From assembly GCA_964270895.1 (NCBI GenBank), contig OZ185441.1: a stretch of DNA of 64,000 nucleotides; one strand, written 5' to 3'. Numbering within the stretch: the first letter of the stretch is position 1; every line of letters begins with the position of its first letter. Shown piece by piece: positions 24,346-36,720 of this stretch. Under the pieces are notes generated by a model, which saw only the letters and a program-made list of their open reading frames with translations, ran no database searches and was not told the DNA's origin. The DNA comes from Podarcis filfolensis (lineage: Eukaryota). Made by a program: the position numbers and the translations under genes.

Positions 24346-26979
24346 TGTTGTTGTTGATGTTATTTAAAATGTTTCATTGTTTTTCCAGAAATGTCTGGAG
24401 CAGATATGTGCATATTTCTTAAAATCTTATTGCTTACCTTTTTCATGTTAGTATATGTAGCTTTGATTTATAAACTTCAGAATAACTTTTGAAGAACACT
24501 ATAAACTAGGTCAACCCTCCTAGATTCACATACATCCAAGCAAAATTCAGTCTTCAAATTGAGTCGACAAATTCAAAACACATACTGCATTTCAACCCTG
24601 GGTTTAATTGGAAATATCCTGTTCCCTGGTCTTGTTACTGGCAAAAGTGAAGAGATATATTTAACTACGTCTAATTAGTTAGCTTTTGCAAGTATGCAGA
24701 AATTTTTCATTAGGCTAGCTGGACTTGGAACCAATTGCTACCAAATGTCTAGTAAACACTGCTCCCCACCCAGTCTTAGAAGAGCATCTATTTCCACTTC
24801 CAGCTTTTCTTATCTCTCTCCAAACCTTGTGGACTTTGTTAACAAAAAAAATGCAACTCTTTGGCTAAAATTATTTGCACACATATATTTAAAAGAAAAC
24901 ATGAAGAAACAGCTTCATTTGTTGGTTGTACCATGGTGGGGTAAAGGTTTTCAGATGAGAACTTTTGTGAAAGAGAGCTGATAGTCAATGAGCAAAAACA
25001 TGACGAAAACTTTTTGTAGCACAGTGACTTACTCTCCAATATCATTTTATTAAAGAAATCTTACGTCAGGTAGAAAGCAATCCTATGCAGATGAAGCTGA
25101 CTTAAAGCAAACTGCTATAAATTAAGCCATCTTACACCAGATCCAAACACCATTTGGCAGTGGGGCTGCTTCTGCTGTCGCCGCTCTGATAAAGTCTGGC
25201 AGAAGGTGATTGTTAGGATAAGACTAAACTTTAAAATAGTATTCTGTGCTGGAATGCCAGCTCACATGACCAAGCTGAATGGGTTTAGGATACAGCCTAA
25301 GTCCCTGTTCTCTGACCCTGATCCCACCATACCCCTGAAATACTAAAACATCTATGACACATGGTCATCCAAGCTCTACTTAAGAACCTCCAGTGAATTT
25401 GCAAATGCATAAAACAACAGCTTAAAACTATTCCTATTTTATTGCTTGTGATCTCTAAACTTTTCAAACTCAGAACTAGCCTTCATGTCTAATCTGGGGC
25501 TGATATTTTCTATTTATTTAACTAATTCCATTTATGAATCACTTCCTATAGAATATGTAAAAGCTATTTGACAATCAAACCAACACAATTAGAACCCATT
25601 AATATTTGTATTTTAACTAAATGTTTTGAATCTAGATCTATATGGGTCTATCATTCAGCCACTTTGTCATTTTCCATTCCGTTTCCTATTGTGTATCATT
25701 CCTTCTGGTCCAGAGAAAATACTGTATACAAATTTGCTTAAAATAATAATAATCACAGATTGCTTATCTCTTCTAATCTAGGAATAGAATATATTTGATT
25801 TCCAGTTTGTTTGTTTGTTGTATTGTGGTACACTTCTGTGGAAATATTATTTCCCCCCTGCACTGAGCCCATTTGAGGTCTACAGATGCACTGCAAACTT
25901 TGCCAAAGGAGACCGCAAGTTGACCTTCCAATGTTAAAGGATAGAGGTGAACTAAAAATAATTCCTCCCTCCATCTAAGCATCTAAGTGCTTTTGTGTGC
26001 CAACAGGAAGCACTACAGCAGAAAAGATGTAGGCGGCGCCGCTGTGACTCTCTTGTGGGCAGGAAGAAAAATAGCTTCTGCTTTATTTGACAACGTCATC
26101 ACGAATGTGAAGCACACAATTTATAAAGCCATCCAAATTAAATCTCTGCCATTTTAGATTGCAATCTGGATTGTAAGGGTTCTGATGCAGCGATGCATCA
26201 ATTCTTTAGCACGCGAAAACAACCTACCAACCCCCCCTAATCTCTACAGGCTTTGCACAGGGGTAGCATTTGGTGGTTAATGTCCATTAATAGCCCTGCA
26301 AATGTAAATTAATGATGAGCGCAATCATCTACCTATCTATCAAGGGTTTTTATATAGACATCCATCACCACAATGGATTAAAAAAAGAAGAAACAGGGAT
26401 GATTGCCTTTCCCTTTCTATCGACGAAGAGTTATTTTGCTTGCTTTAGCAGTTACATTTTTCCATATAACAAAGTGAATCTTGTTCTCCCCATGTCAACT
26501 GTACTCATGCAGTTCTCCTCACACTATTTCTATTAGCTGGGGGAAATGGGGTATATGGACTCCTTAGTCCAAGTGATTGGCAACATGTGTGAAGCCTTTT
26601 GGTGAATTGAGATATCTTCCACAAACTTAAACTCCAATTCACAGAGCAATACCAACTTACAGAGTCAAAGTCACATTTGGATCTATTTTTATGGCTACTT
26701 TCTATGGAGGTATAAAATAAAAACACATGCAGATTTATATGAGAAGAGTGGTTTTACCATGTACCTCCAAATCAAATAAACCTGAGAGAACTTAACAACA
26801 AGCCACAGGATACACACAAACTGTACTTTTGAAATATCCCTTGCATTCTGGCTTCAGAATGTTGAAATAATTTGCTGATACTCCATTGCTGAAGTATCAT
26901 AGAATGCTTGTGAGAATTCCAGTTACTCAGACATTTTAAAAACTGTGAGCACACAAAACGTATGGCCTGATGGTAGTAC

Positions 26980-27356
26980 CATACCCTCCAACATTTCTTT
27001 GATGAAAATAGGCATGCCCTATTTCATAATAATAATAATTTTATCATTTATATCCCACCCATCTGACTAGGTTGCCCGAGCCACTTTAGCCAGCTTCCAA
27101 CATACCGTATATAAAAACATAATAAAACATTAAACATTAATAAAACTTCCCTATACCGTGCTGCCTTCAGATGTATTCTAAAGGTTGTATAGCTGGTTTT
27201 CCCATTGGCTCAGGTGGCACGAAACTCTGACATTTCTCTGATGAAAATAGGGACATCCAAAGGAAAAGTGGGACATTCCATGATGAAATCAGAAGCTGGG
27301 ATGGGTTTCATAATTCTGGGACTGTCCCTGGAAAATAGGGACACTTGGAGGATCTG
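26980..27356 (-). mobile_element. Composite non-autonomous DNA element (GGGAC/GTCCC-rich ends plus captured L2 3' tail), copy 1
   Basis: Collinear reverse complement of 60001-60373; CATACCCTCCAAC terminus; internal L2 tail. Confidence 0.75.
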
Positions 27357-29489
27357 TGGGACAGGTTGTATGGGAAGGAGGAATCTCTGTCACAACGTAG
27401 TATTCAACTATTTGAGTGTGTAAATATAGTGTGTGAAAGTAGTAGCCAGTCAATGATAAGGACAATTAAGTCTCCCTGATTTCAATGAATGAAAAGCATA
27501 CGCTTAATATTCCAGCTGAAATAAATTCAGCTTAAAAGTGTGGCTAGATCGTGTCCTTCATGTTTATTTCATTTTCATTTTCACCTTATTTTTCTCTTGA
27601 CACATCAGATTTTTATCAGTACTGATCACATTCTGAGAGAAAATCAAAGAATTTCTGTGTTTGCCATAGAAGGAGACACTAGAGAGCAAAACAGCTAACA
27701 TCTCAACCTCGTCAAGGTCAGCTTTCCGCCGCATGCAAACATCTATACGGCACTAAATTCCCAGCAGGGGGAAGAAAAGGATTTGAGTGAGTAAATAGCT
27801 ATGATAAAAATGAACACCAATCTCAAGAGTCATCATGAAGGCTGAGCTTAATGGATCACTTGCAAAATAGTGGATATTAAACTGTCTCTGGTGCCTTCTA
27901 TCAAAGAAATGACAGACAGCTAAGTTTACACAGATTTACCATCAGAATGCATTTCAAACCATGAGTGTTTCTTTTTGCCTTTCACAAGGCTCTGCCCATA
28001 TTTGACAATTGCTGAGATATTTCCGAGAAGTAAAAGAAGTACATATTCAAATTTTCCCCATTAACTCTATTAATGCTAGATGGAAACATTTTCTCAGTAA
28101 TATGAAATAAGCACTTTGATAAAGACAGATTTGTCTTTTCCTGGGATTCACACGATTTCAGTTTTCACTTGATAACAATGAAGGGTGAAATTGTTAAATC
28201 AGATATTTTTTGACTCAACAGAATTTCTCTCCTCCTTTTAGACAAATCACCTTCCTCCTAACTGGAGTTTGACAGCCATAAGTACAATGATCAACTACGT
28301 CCCATAATTTCTTAAGTAGATAAATAATACATACAATTGTTGTCTGATGTTTGAACAAGGAAATGAACTTGGAAGTTTTCTATTGTCAGTTTACGTAATC
28401 TACTGACATGATATCTGTCACACTGATATCATGTGCAAAGCCTGTCTCCAACATCAGGTACTAAGTTCACATAGCAGAAGAATTCATTTATGCAAAAGTC
28501 TCATGCAGTTTAGATTTCCACATGATAGTTGTCATATGGTGAACGTATAGGAATATGCAGAACTCCCCATTTCCAAGGAAATGAAAATAGGTGTATTAAG
28601 ACTTTTTGTTCCCCGTAATCCCTTGGCTGTAAGAATGGGCCATGAATCCAGTTCCAATGGACCTTGGTATATATTTGTGAATTTGACCGCCTGGAGCAGA
28701 AACCTAGCAGCAAACTGCATTTCCATCCACAATATTTTATGACTATTGCCCAATAGATTATATTGCCTGGGGGACAAACAAGGACAGTAGTAGCAGCGGG
28801 CAAACTGTAGTGGAAGTGCTCCAAGTTAAAAACATCATTTCACACCCCCCCCCCAATAAGTATATAATTTTGGAGATTAAACTTACCTGTTTTGCTCTCT
28901 GTCAGAGTCTGAAGATCCAAAGGCAACCCTTAACATCCTAACTTTATTGAAATGAATTGGGCTGGGGCTGGAAGGGACAGAGGAAATGGAATGAGAGTGA
29001 GCATACTTTTAAGGAATCTGGAGAAAGCATATCCTGTTCTACTTCCCTTCCAGCCCCTGACTCCTATGACATCGAGTCATCTAGTCAGCCAACTTTTTGG
29101 TTATGTGTATAAAATGTGAGCTCGCAATTGTAACTCTTCACATTTTAATGGAATCAGTAGCGGTAGTGAGGAGTTGCAGAAAGATGGGAATTTTTTGGGG
29201 GGGGGGGATTTAGATGTTTAGTATGTTACATCACCACCTGGGTCTTCCTCGCAAGCAATGACATTCAATTCTGCCTCATATTTTCACTTCGGCAGCTCCA
29301 AGATTAAAGTATTGGCAAGTGCCATGTTTTTCTAAGAGATGGAATATTTGCAGACGTCACTAAAATGGTGCCCTTCCTCTGTTGTTAGGCTACGCACCCC
29401 ATCAGCCCCAGTCAGCAAGGCCAGTGATCCAGGATTATAGGAGTTGTAAACTAACAACTGGCCCATGACACAAGGAAGCATGAGCAGCT

Positions 29490-29807
29490 TAAGAGCAACA
29501 GAACATACCATGGAATGAGCAATGCTAGGCATATCATTATAAGACTGAAGAACTAACAAATGGATATGACAAAGATCAAAAGTTATGGAGCTAGTGGGAA
29601 AGGCCCACTTAAAATGGACATATGGCAAGAGATGACTCAGATTGATGGAATGAAGCAATGTTAGTGTGGAGACCCTACAATTTTAAAAGGTCTAGGGGAT
29701 GTCCATCTATGCAATGGGTGGATGATCTAAAACTAACAGTAGGACTTACATGGATGCAGCAAGTAAACCCAAGAGAATGCTGGAGGTGTCTATTGGAGGA
29801 GGAGGAA
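29490..29807 (+). mobile_element. Degenerate RTE-clade LINE 3' end
   Basis: LVWRPYNFKRSRGCPSMQWVDDL resembles the RTE C-terminal W.P..KR.RGRP..RW.DD motif; followed by a (GGA)n run. Confidence 0.6.
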
Positions 29808-30007
29808 NNNNNNNNNNNNNNNNNNNNNNNNNNNNNNNNNNNNNNNNNNNNNNNNNNNNNNNNNNNNNNNNNNNNNNNNNNNNNNNNNNNNNNNNNNNNN
29901 NNNNNNNNNNNNNNNNNNNNNNNNNNNNNNNNNNNNNNNNNNNNNNNNNNNNNNNNNNNNNNNNNNNNNNNNNNNNNNNNNNNNNNNNNNNNNNNNNNNN
30001 NNNNNNN
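29808..30007. other. Assembly gap (200 N)
   Basis: Run of N. Confidence 1.
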
Positions 30008-31145
30008 GAGGACTTAGCTAACAACAACAAGAAGGCACCATGTTGACTAGCTTTAGGATTCTGCATGTTTCAGTGGCCATGCACTGACACTCCTGGGACT
30101 GGTGGATGAAGCACCCAGTAGTGACTAGGACCCACTTCCAGGTCAGTTAAAACAGCATTGAAAACTGTTAACGTCATGATTCTTAAAAACAAACAAACCC
30201 ACATGTATTTTCAAGAACACTTAGAGCTTCAGCTATGTATACTGACATAGCTGGTACGCCCAGCTGCCTAAGTGCAGGTGTCGTGGACCATGCACAAAGG
30301 CTATTGTTCTCCAAAATAAATTGTGTTAAACTGAGTAGGACTTCTTGAATATTTTTTTATCAATCATAGCTGCAACTAGGAGGCCACCATCAGGGCGTGA
30401 ATAAGCACAGGGTTCTTTGGAAGAAGAGCAGCCCAATAAAATAATATGTGCTTTGCAACTTCAGCTTCACAAAGACCAGAAACTTGCAGCCCAAACTCAT
30501 TCTGTTTTTAAAAATCTCATACAGTCCCTCAAATCTCTTTTCAGCTGCCAAGACTGGCATGAGAATACAGTTTAATCCGGTTTTCTGAAGCTCATATAAC
30601 AAACCATTAGAAAAACATTAGCGATTCTCTGTCTGGATACAAAACAAACAGCAAATTTCATTCTGATTGATTTCTTTATCATGAAGAACAGTAAATTTTC
30701 TTTCCTCTCAGCTGTAGCTAAAGGAAAACAGTTATTTTACAGAAGGGTGAATTCATCCCCCCTTTAAAAAAAAAAAACCCAGCAACTTCTGCATAAGAAG
30801 AATTGGGCATAGAACTTTTGAGGTGAGCAATGCTGCCAAGGCAAGCATTTCTGTTACTTTAAGCAGGGAGAAAACTGGATGTTCCAGATCTCTCAGTTGT
30901 TGTCATCTCCTGAAACAGAGAGGGAGATTTGTGCTTAGCTTGCACAGTTGGCAGATAGTTGGTCAGGGACACAAACAAAGCAAAGTGCTCTTCAGCCCAC
31001 AGTAGATGACCCAGACAATTGGCCTCCACAAAACCCACCTCTTCCAGGTAGGTTTCTAAGCAGATCGGCAAGGCATAGTTCTGCCTTTTGCCTTAAATCA
31101 TAGTCTAATCATTGGTTTGTTGTTGTTATTTTCACTTTGTATTTT

Positions 31146-31288
31146 GTGGGCTCTCCTTTCCTGGAGGTTTTTAAGCAGAGGTTGGGTGGCCACCTGGCAT
31201 GGATGCTTTAGTTGAGATCCCTGCATTGCAGGAGATTGGACCAGATGACCCTCATGGTTCCTTCCAACGCTACAATTCTATGATTCTA
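31146..31288 (+). mobile_element. CR1 3' end
   Basis: GGAGGTTTTTAAGCAGAGGTTGG...CCTTCCAAC..TACAATTCTATGATTCTA terminus. Confidence 0.85.
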
Positions 31289-31470
31289 CGCCCCTGAAGC
31301 ACCCTTGGGTTCCAGAGACCCAACCTGAATATATATTTCAGACTTTGTAAAATGCACACTACAGCAGTGCCGTGGATTTCCATCAACAGGTACCACATGG
31401 GCAATACAGGATCCTTTTTGTGATGGGGTGGCCAGATTTTCTGTCTGTATTCAAAATCCTCAGGAGTATG

Positions 31471-32009
31471 TGTGGCGATCACACAGGGTCCCCGGACGTT
31501 TAACGGTCTATTGATCCCTGTGCCACCACTGTGCTCGCTTGCCCGCTGCCACCAACCAGTTACCCTCTGGTAAAACACTGAGTCCAGTCAGTTGTTAAAA
31601 GTGAACAAAAAAAAACCAAGTTTATTTTACAAACATTAACAAGTTTATGGTTTCTCAGATAATATTCCTGTCAGTATCTTAACTTTAGTTTCTTTACCGG
31701 GCTATGCCTTCCTAATACCTTCTGACTGATTATCTCAACTGTTTGACTGACTCCTCTTCACAAATTCTCTCACTCTCTCACACCAGACTAGGCCAACCCA
31801 CAGACTTATCTTCTCTGTCCCTTCTAACTCCAGACTGTCTTCTCAACAACTCTAACTCACTCTAACTAACTAAAAAACCTCTGTGCTTAAACCTTATGCA
31901 CAGCTAACTCTGTCCCCTGAGTTCCCATTGGTTAGTCATTTTACAATTAGTTAACCCTTTCCCTATGAACCCAGTATGATGTCACACACATAGGAGAGCA
32001 AACGCCACA
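31471..32009 (-). mobile_element. Solo LTR (Gypsy/ERV-like), 539 bp
   Basis: TGTGGCG / CGCCACA inverted termini, perfect 5-bp TSD GTATG, minus-strand CCAAT (31927-31931) and AATAAA (31621-31626). Confidence 0.9.
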
Positions 32010-32358
32010 GTATGGGCTAGGACCAGCATGCAGAAAGGAACTGTGCAGACAAGCTGTTCCTATTATTACCTCTCCTCTATCTCTTCTACTGCCTTCCAAG
32101 GGTTGAGGAAGCCCAAGGTGACCTGAACACATAAATCCTGCTTTGCTACTCTTTAGAAATGGCCAACTTTAATGTAGCTAATCTTGCTTCTAGTGGGGAA
32201 GAGCTGTGCAGTTTTAATGGATCTCACAGTCTTACTGTGTAAGTCAGGCTGCTCTGGAAAACCTTGCTCCTTTCATCCTGTGGCAGTGCCAGCCATTGAT
32301 AAGAGAGATTATTTAAAGGTTAGATTGGGAAGATAATATACTGGGCTAGGGCTTTTGA

Positions 32359-32361
<3 letters not shown>

Positions 32362-32409
<48 letters not shown>
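32362..32409. repeat. (TA)n microsatellite
   Basis: Direct observation. Confidence 0.95.
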
Positions 32410-32412
<3 letters not shown>

Positions 32413-34039
32413 CTAGTGTGCTTCCTCTGAAGAAAACCAGAGGTTCGAAAAAGTGACCATTCTGTCACATTGGTCTTCATTTTCAATGTGTCTCTAAGGG
32501 TTAAAAGGCTATATTGCTTCACCGAAGAAGCTATTTTTACGATGATGATGATGCGGAAAAAAGGAAAGATGGGATGTGGGGAGAGCGGGTGGGATTCCCA
32601 GCCAGAATGGCTTTTAGAAAGATTTAGACCAAGATGTCTGAATAAACTGATTCGAGGAATGAAAGCAGAAAAGACTGGAGGAAAGATAATCTGTGAGTAA
32701 TTTGAAAATAAAAAGTGATATAAAAAGAGCCTTTTATTTATTATGAATGTCTTCCATAGCGAGTGCTGACATTCTGCTGAGAAAAGTGAAAATGCTTTTG
32801 AAGACACCAAGCAGATAAGATCCCCATATATATATATATATGAATGAGAGAACAAACCACTTGGCTGTCTGGAAAGAGCTTGCTCTTACGTATTATTTCC
32901 CCTATTTTCTAGCATATAAGTGACAGCATAAGGGAGCACAAATAGAACAATCACTTCTCTAATAATGCTGTCTCATGTACAAAATATACTGATATTTAAG
33001 GTCCCAAACTGTGTGATCATTTAATGCCTTTCAGAGGCACTGTCCTTTCCATAAATTGTATCATTTCATATCCTTAAACCATCACTTAAAAGTCTGTATG
33101 TTTGGGGTTTAAGCATATGCAATACATCTGAACATAATTTTAAATAAGAAATGCAAATGATGGGTGATATTCAGCTTGGTTTTTACTCAGAGTAGGCTCA
33201 CTGAAATGAAAGAACATGACTAAGTTGGGTCCACTTGCAATAAAATTTGGTGGAATATCATTGTGTTTGTGAATAAAGTTGTAATTTATGTGAATAGCTG
33301 AGTATGAGTTTCAGCATTCTATTTTTTTTAAAAGATATTTATTGAAGTTTTCAAAAAAAAGAGAAAAAACAAAAGACAAAAGACAAAAGTTTCAGCATTC
33401 TAACTTAAAAGCCAGATATTGGATTTTGGGACGATATCCACCGGAATGTGTGAAACTAGCTCCTTTATTTCTGTGGATATTTCCACTTCCCTGCACACTG
33501 GCATGGCAAGTTCAGGACATCTGCAAAAACAACTATGCTGTCTTTTCCAGTGCAGATCTGGATCATTGTAGCATATCACACATATTGTTTAATTGCACAT
33601 CATGTTCTCCATTTGAATTCACAACCATATTTTTAAGCAATAAGAACGCTGTACCCTGGCTCTTATTCAATCAGAGACAAATTGTGCAAATGATAAAGGT
33701 AGAACTCAGGAAAAGAACAAAGATGGCCAGTTTGGTCGTTTCTCATTAGCGTTGTATCATTCTGGGCAAGGTAAACAAAATAGGATATAGCCAGGATCTT
33801 AACAGGAAAGAAACAACAGAACAAAGGAATATAGGGGCTAGGACAAATTACTCATCTAAAAGACCTCCTCCCTTTTCCATTCGGGATGCGTTGACTCAGA
33901 ATTGTACAAAATCTCCATACCTCCAAAAAAAGGGAGAGAGAAGAGTATATTTGTACTGGATGAAGAATAGTACCATGCTGGTCCTTGACAGTGTAGAGTA
34001 AAAAGGGGCTTTATGTTGGATCTCTGAGAGCTTTAGCAA

Positions 34040-34278
34040 ACCACTGAAGTGATGGTCACTAACTTGGATAGCTTTAAAGGGGGTTCAGTCAAATTCATGG
34101 AGGATAAGGCTACTGGTCAATATAGTTGTATTACCTCCAATATATGACGCGGTATGCTGAACACAATTGTGAGCCATCACGAACAACAGAGCACTACTGC
34201 CTGCCGGCTTGCCCCAGTCCCCAGGCAGAATGCTAGATTAGATAGATCTGTGTGATCTAGCAATGGCACTTCTTATGA
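34040..34278 (+). mobile_element. Old CR1 3' end (different subfamily)
   Basis: GGATAGCTTTAAAGGGGG..AAATTCATGGAGGATAAGGCTA...GAATGCTAGATTAGAT...CTTCTTATG. Confidence 0.6.
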
Positions 34279-35696
34279 ATGGCCAAATATCACCCAATCT
34301 GGGCCTGGATCTGAGCCCAGGTCTATCCAGCTCTAATCAAAAACTCATGCCAGATCTCAACAGGGCATTAACAATTCAGTCATACACATAGCAGAGATAG
34401 CAACATGATTGGTGACCTTTTGTTTCCATGCCTCATGGGTGCAACACCCATGCATTTAGAAATAGGGAAACAGAACTGACCTTGAAGCAGTCTCAGAAAT
34501 GTGACATGGGATCCACAGTAAGAGAGAGTCATATTCAGAGGCACACAAAACAGCATAAACACTATAGCCAGTGGTTCTCCCAAGCCAGTGATAAAGCGCT
34601 AAAATATGAGTTTGGACTGTTAATAGTAGTGGGATTAAAGGCATGAAAGATTTCTAGAAGGACTGTAGCAGAGAAAATGGGATAACTATCTGGTGTCAAT
34701 AACAAAGGTGAAAAATAACCACTTGGTATCTTTTGCTTAAGAGAAAGAAAGAAAGAAACAGCCAGGGGATGCATGTATTAATAAAAGCAGATAAAAGGAA
34801 AAGTAAACACTTCTGATTTATTGGTAGAAACATCCGCACAATATTTTCAAAGGATGTAGCAGCACATTAATCTCCACTGCCACCTTCGGCATGTAGTTCT
34901 AGCCAAACCCATTTGGTCCTCATCAGCATGTGTGGGCAATTCACAATATGACTTACCATGTTTCAGAGAGCACTAGAAAAGTTTTCTGAATACTTGGTTG
35001 TGTTTCCATGCATTTTGTTTTTGGTTTTTTAACATTTTGTTTTGAAGGATATCTAGACCAAGAACACTAACTTGAGAAATGACAAAGATAAGCTCTCCTC
35101 TAGGGAATACAGGTTGCTTCTAATAAAACATGTAGACTGTCTGAAGGGGAAAGGCTGCTCTGAGACTCTTAAGTAGTGCACAGTTTTCTGAATCTGGTTG
35201 ATAAAAAAAGCAAATACTGAGTTAAAAGTCATTTGAAGGGTAAATATCCATAACCAGCCAATTTGCAACACATTTCCTATTAGAAGCAATTCAGTGTATT
35301 ATGTCCCGGTCACAGTGCCACCCTCCCCATGCTTAGGCTATAACTAAGGTGTTATGAACAAACTTGGGCAAACAATGATATGGGTTAGGAATGGCCACAA
35401 CATTATTGATTCCAAATGTAGGTGGATTTTGGCTCAGGCATTGGGTGTATATCCATTTTAGCCTCCTGCCGGAGGGCTGAAACTTCTGACAGAGTTGTGC
35501 CAAGGATTATGGCCTCCCCAAGATACCAATCTACCAAGATGACCATCTGTAGGCTGCCGCTGGAAGCTCTATGGCCCGTCTGCCCCACATTTGGCTTCTG
35601 GATAGAGACTTCCACCAAGACCCCTGGTCTGGGCCTGGATGATGTACCACTTCACCCAAAAGCTTGGTGGCTAGGATTTCACCAAATGCCTGAACC

Positions 35697-36137
35697 TCTC
35701 TGACCAAGATGACTGAGTATCTGGAAACCAAGCCTTATGAGGAACAGTTGAGGGAGCTGGGTATGTTAAGCCTGGAAAAGAGGAGACTGAGATGAGACAT
35801 GATAGCCATCTTCAAATATCTCAAGAGCTGTCACATGGAAGATGGAGCAATCATGTTTTCTCCTGCTCCAGAGGGCAGGTCCCAAACCAATGGATTCAAG
35901 TTACAAGAAAGGTATTCCAACTAAACACCAGGAAGAACTTTCTGACCACAAGAGTTGTTTGACAGTGGAATGGTTTCTCTCATGAGATGATGGACTCTCC
36001 TTCCTTGAATTTTTTTAATCAGAAGCTGCATGGCCATTTGTCATGAATGCTGTGACTGAGATTCCTGCATTTCTGGGGGTTGGACAAGTATTTGGGGTCC
36101 TTTCCAAGTGTACAGTTCTATGATTCTATGATTCTAT
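35697..36137 (+). mobile_element. CR1 3' fragment
   Basis: KPYEEQLRELGMLSLEKRRLR-like ORF2 end, CR1 3' UTR, (ATTCTATG)n tail. Confidence 0.9.
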
Positions 36138-36589
36138 ATATCCACAATTAGTATACTGTATTGACTCTTTGGATTTCAAAATGACTGTGGATACCAGGCA
36201 TGGGATCATAGCAATATCTGCTCCTTTTATAGCAAATGCTAAGCATGCATGTGCCAAAAGTGCAGAAGATTGGCAGTTCATATGGGTACTATGTGTGACT
36301 TTTCATTTTCTACATGGAAGGTTCGTGGCTTGCATTTTCCTGGCACATTCCCTAGGCTAGGTGCAGTGTTCATGAACATTTCATGACATCACAGTAACTC
36401 AGCCAAAGGCCAGAGCAAGGTTTCATCAAACTGACACATTTGTCCGTCCCTATATGCAACATAATCTTATACATGTTTACTTGGGGAAAATATCTCACTA
36501 ACTTTATCATAAAATACCCACAGATAAGTGTTTTAGAACTGCAGCCTGCAATGGCAAGTAGGATTCAATTCCTATGTGAAGGGCTGGGT

Positions 36590-36720
36590 CACTGTATCAG
36601 GAGGTTTTTAACGCTGGATGTTTTTATGATGTTTTTAGATATGCTGTAAGCCGCCCAGAGTGGCTGGGGAAACCCAGCCAGATGTGCAGGGTATAAATAA
36701 TAAATTTATTATTATTATCA
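36590..36720 (+). mobile_element. L2 3' tail fragment
   Basis: GTAAGCCGCCCAGAGTGGCTGGGGAAACCCAGCCAGATG...TATAAATAATAAA plus (TTA)n. Confidence 0.8.

Noticed and set aside
29658-30066. ORFs spanning the gap
   Set aside because: Artefacts of translating N runs
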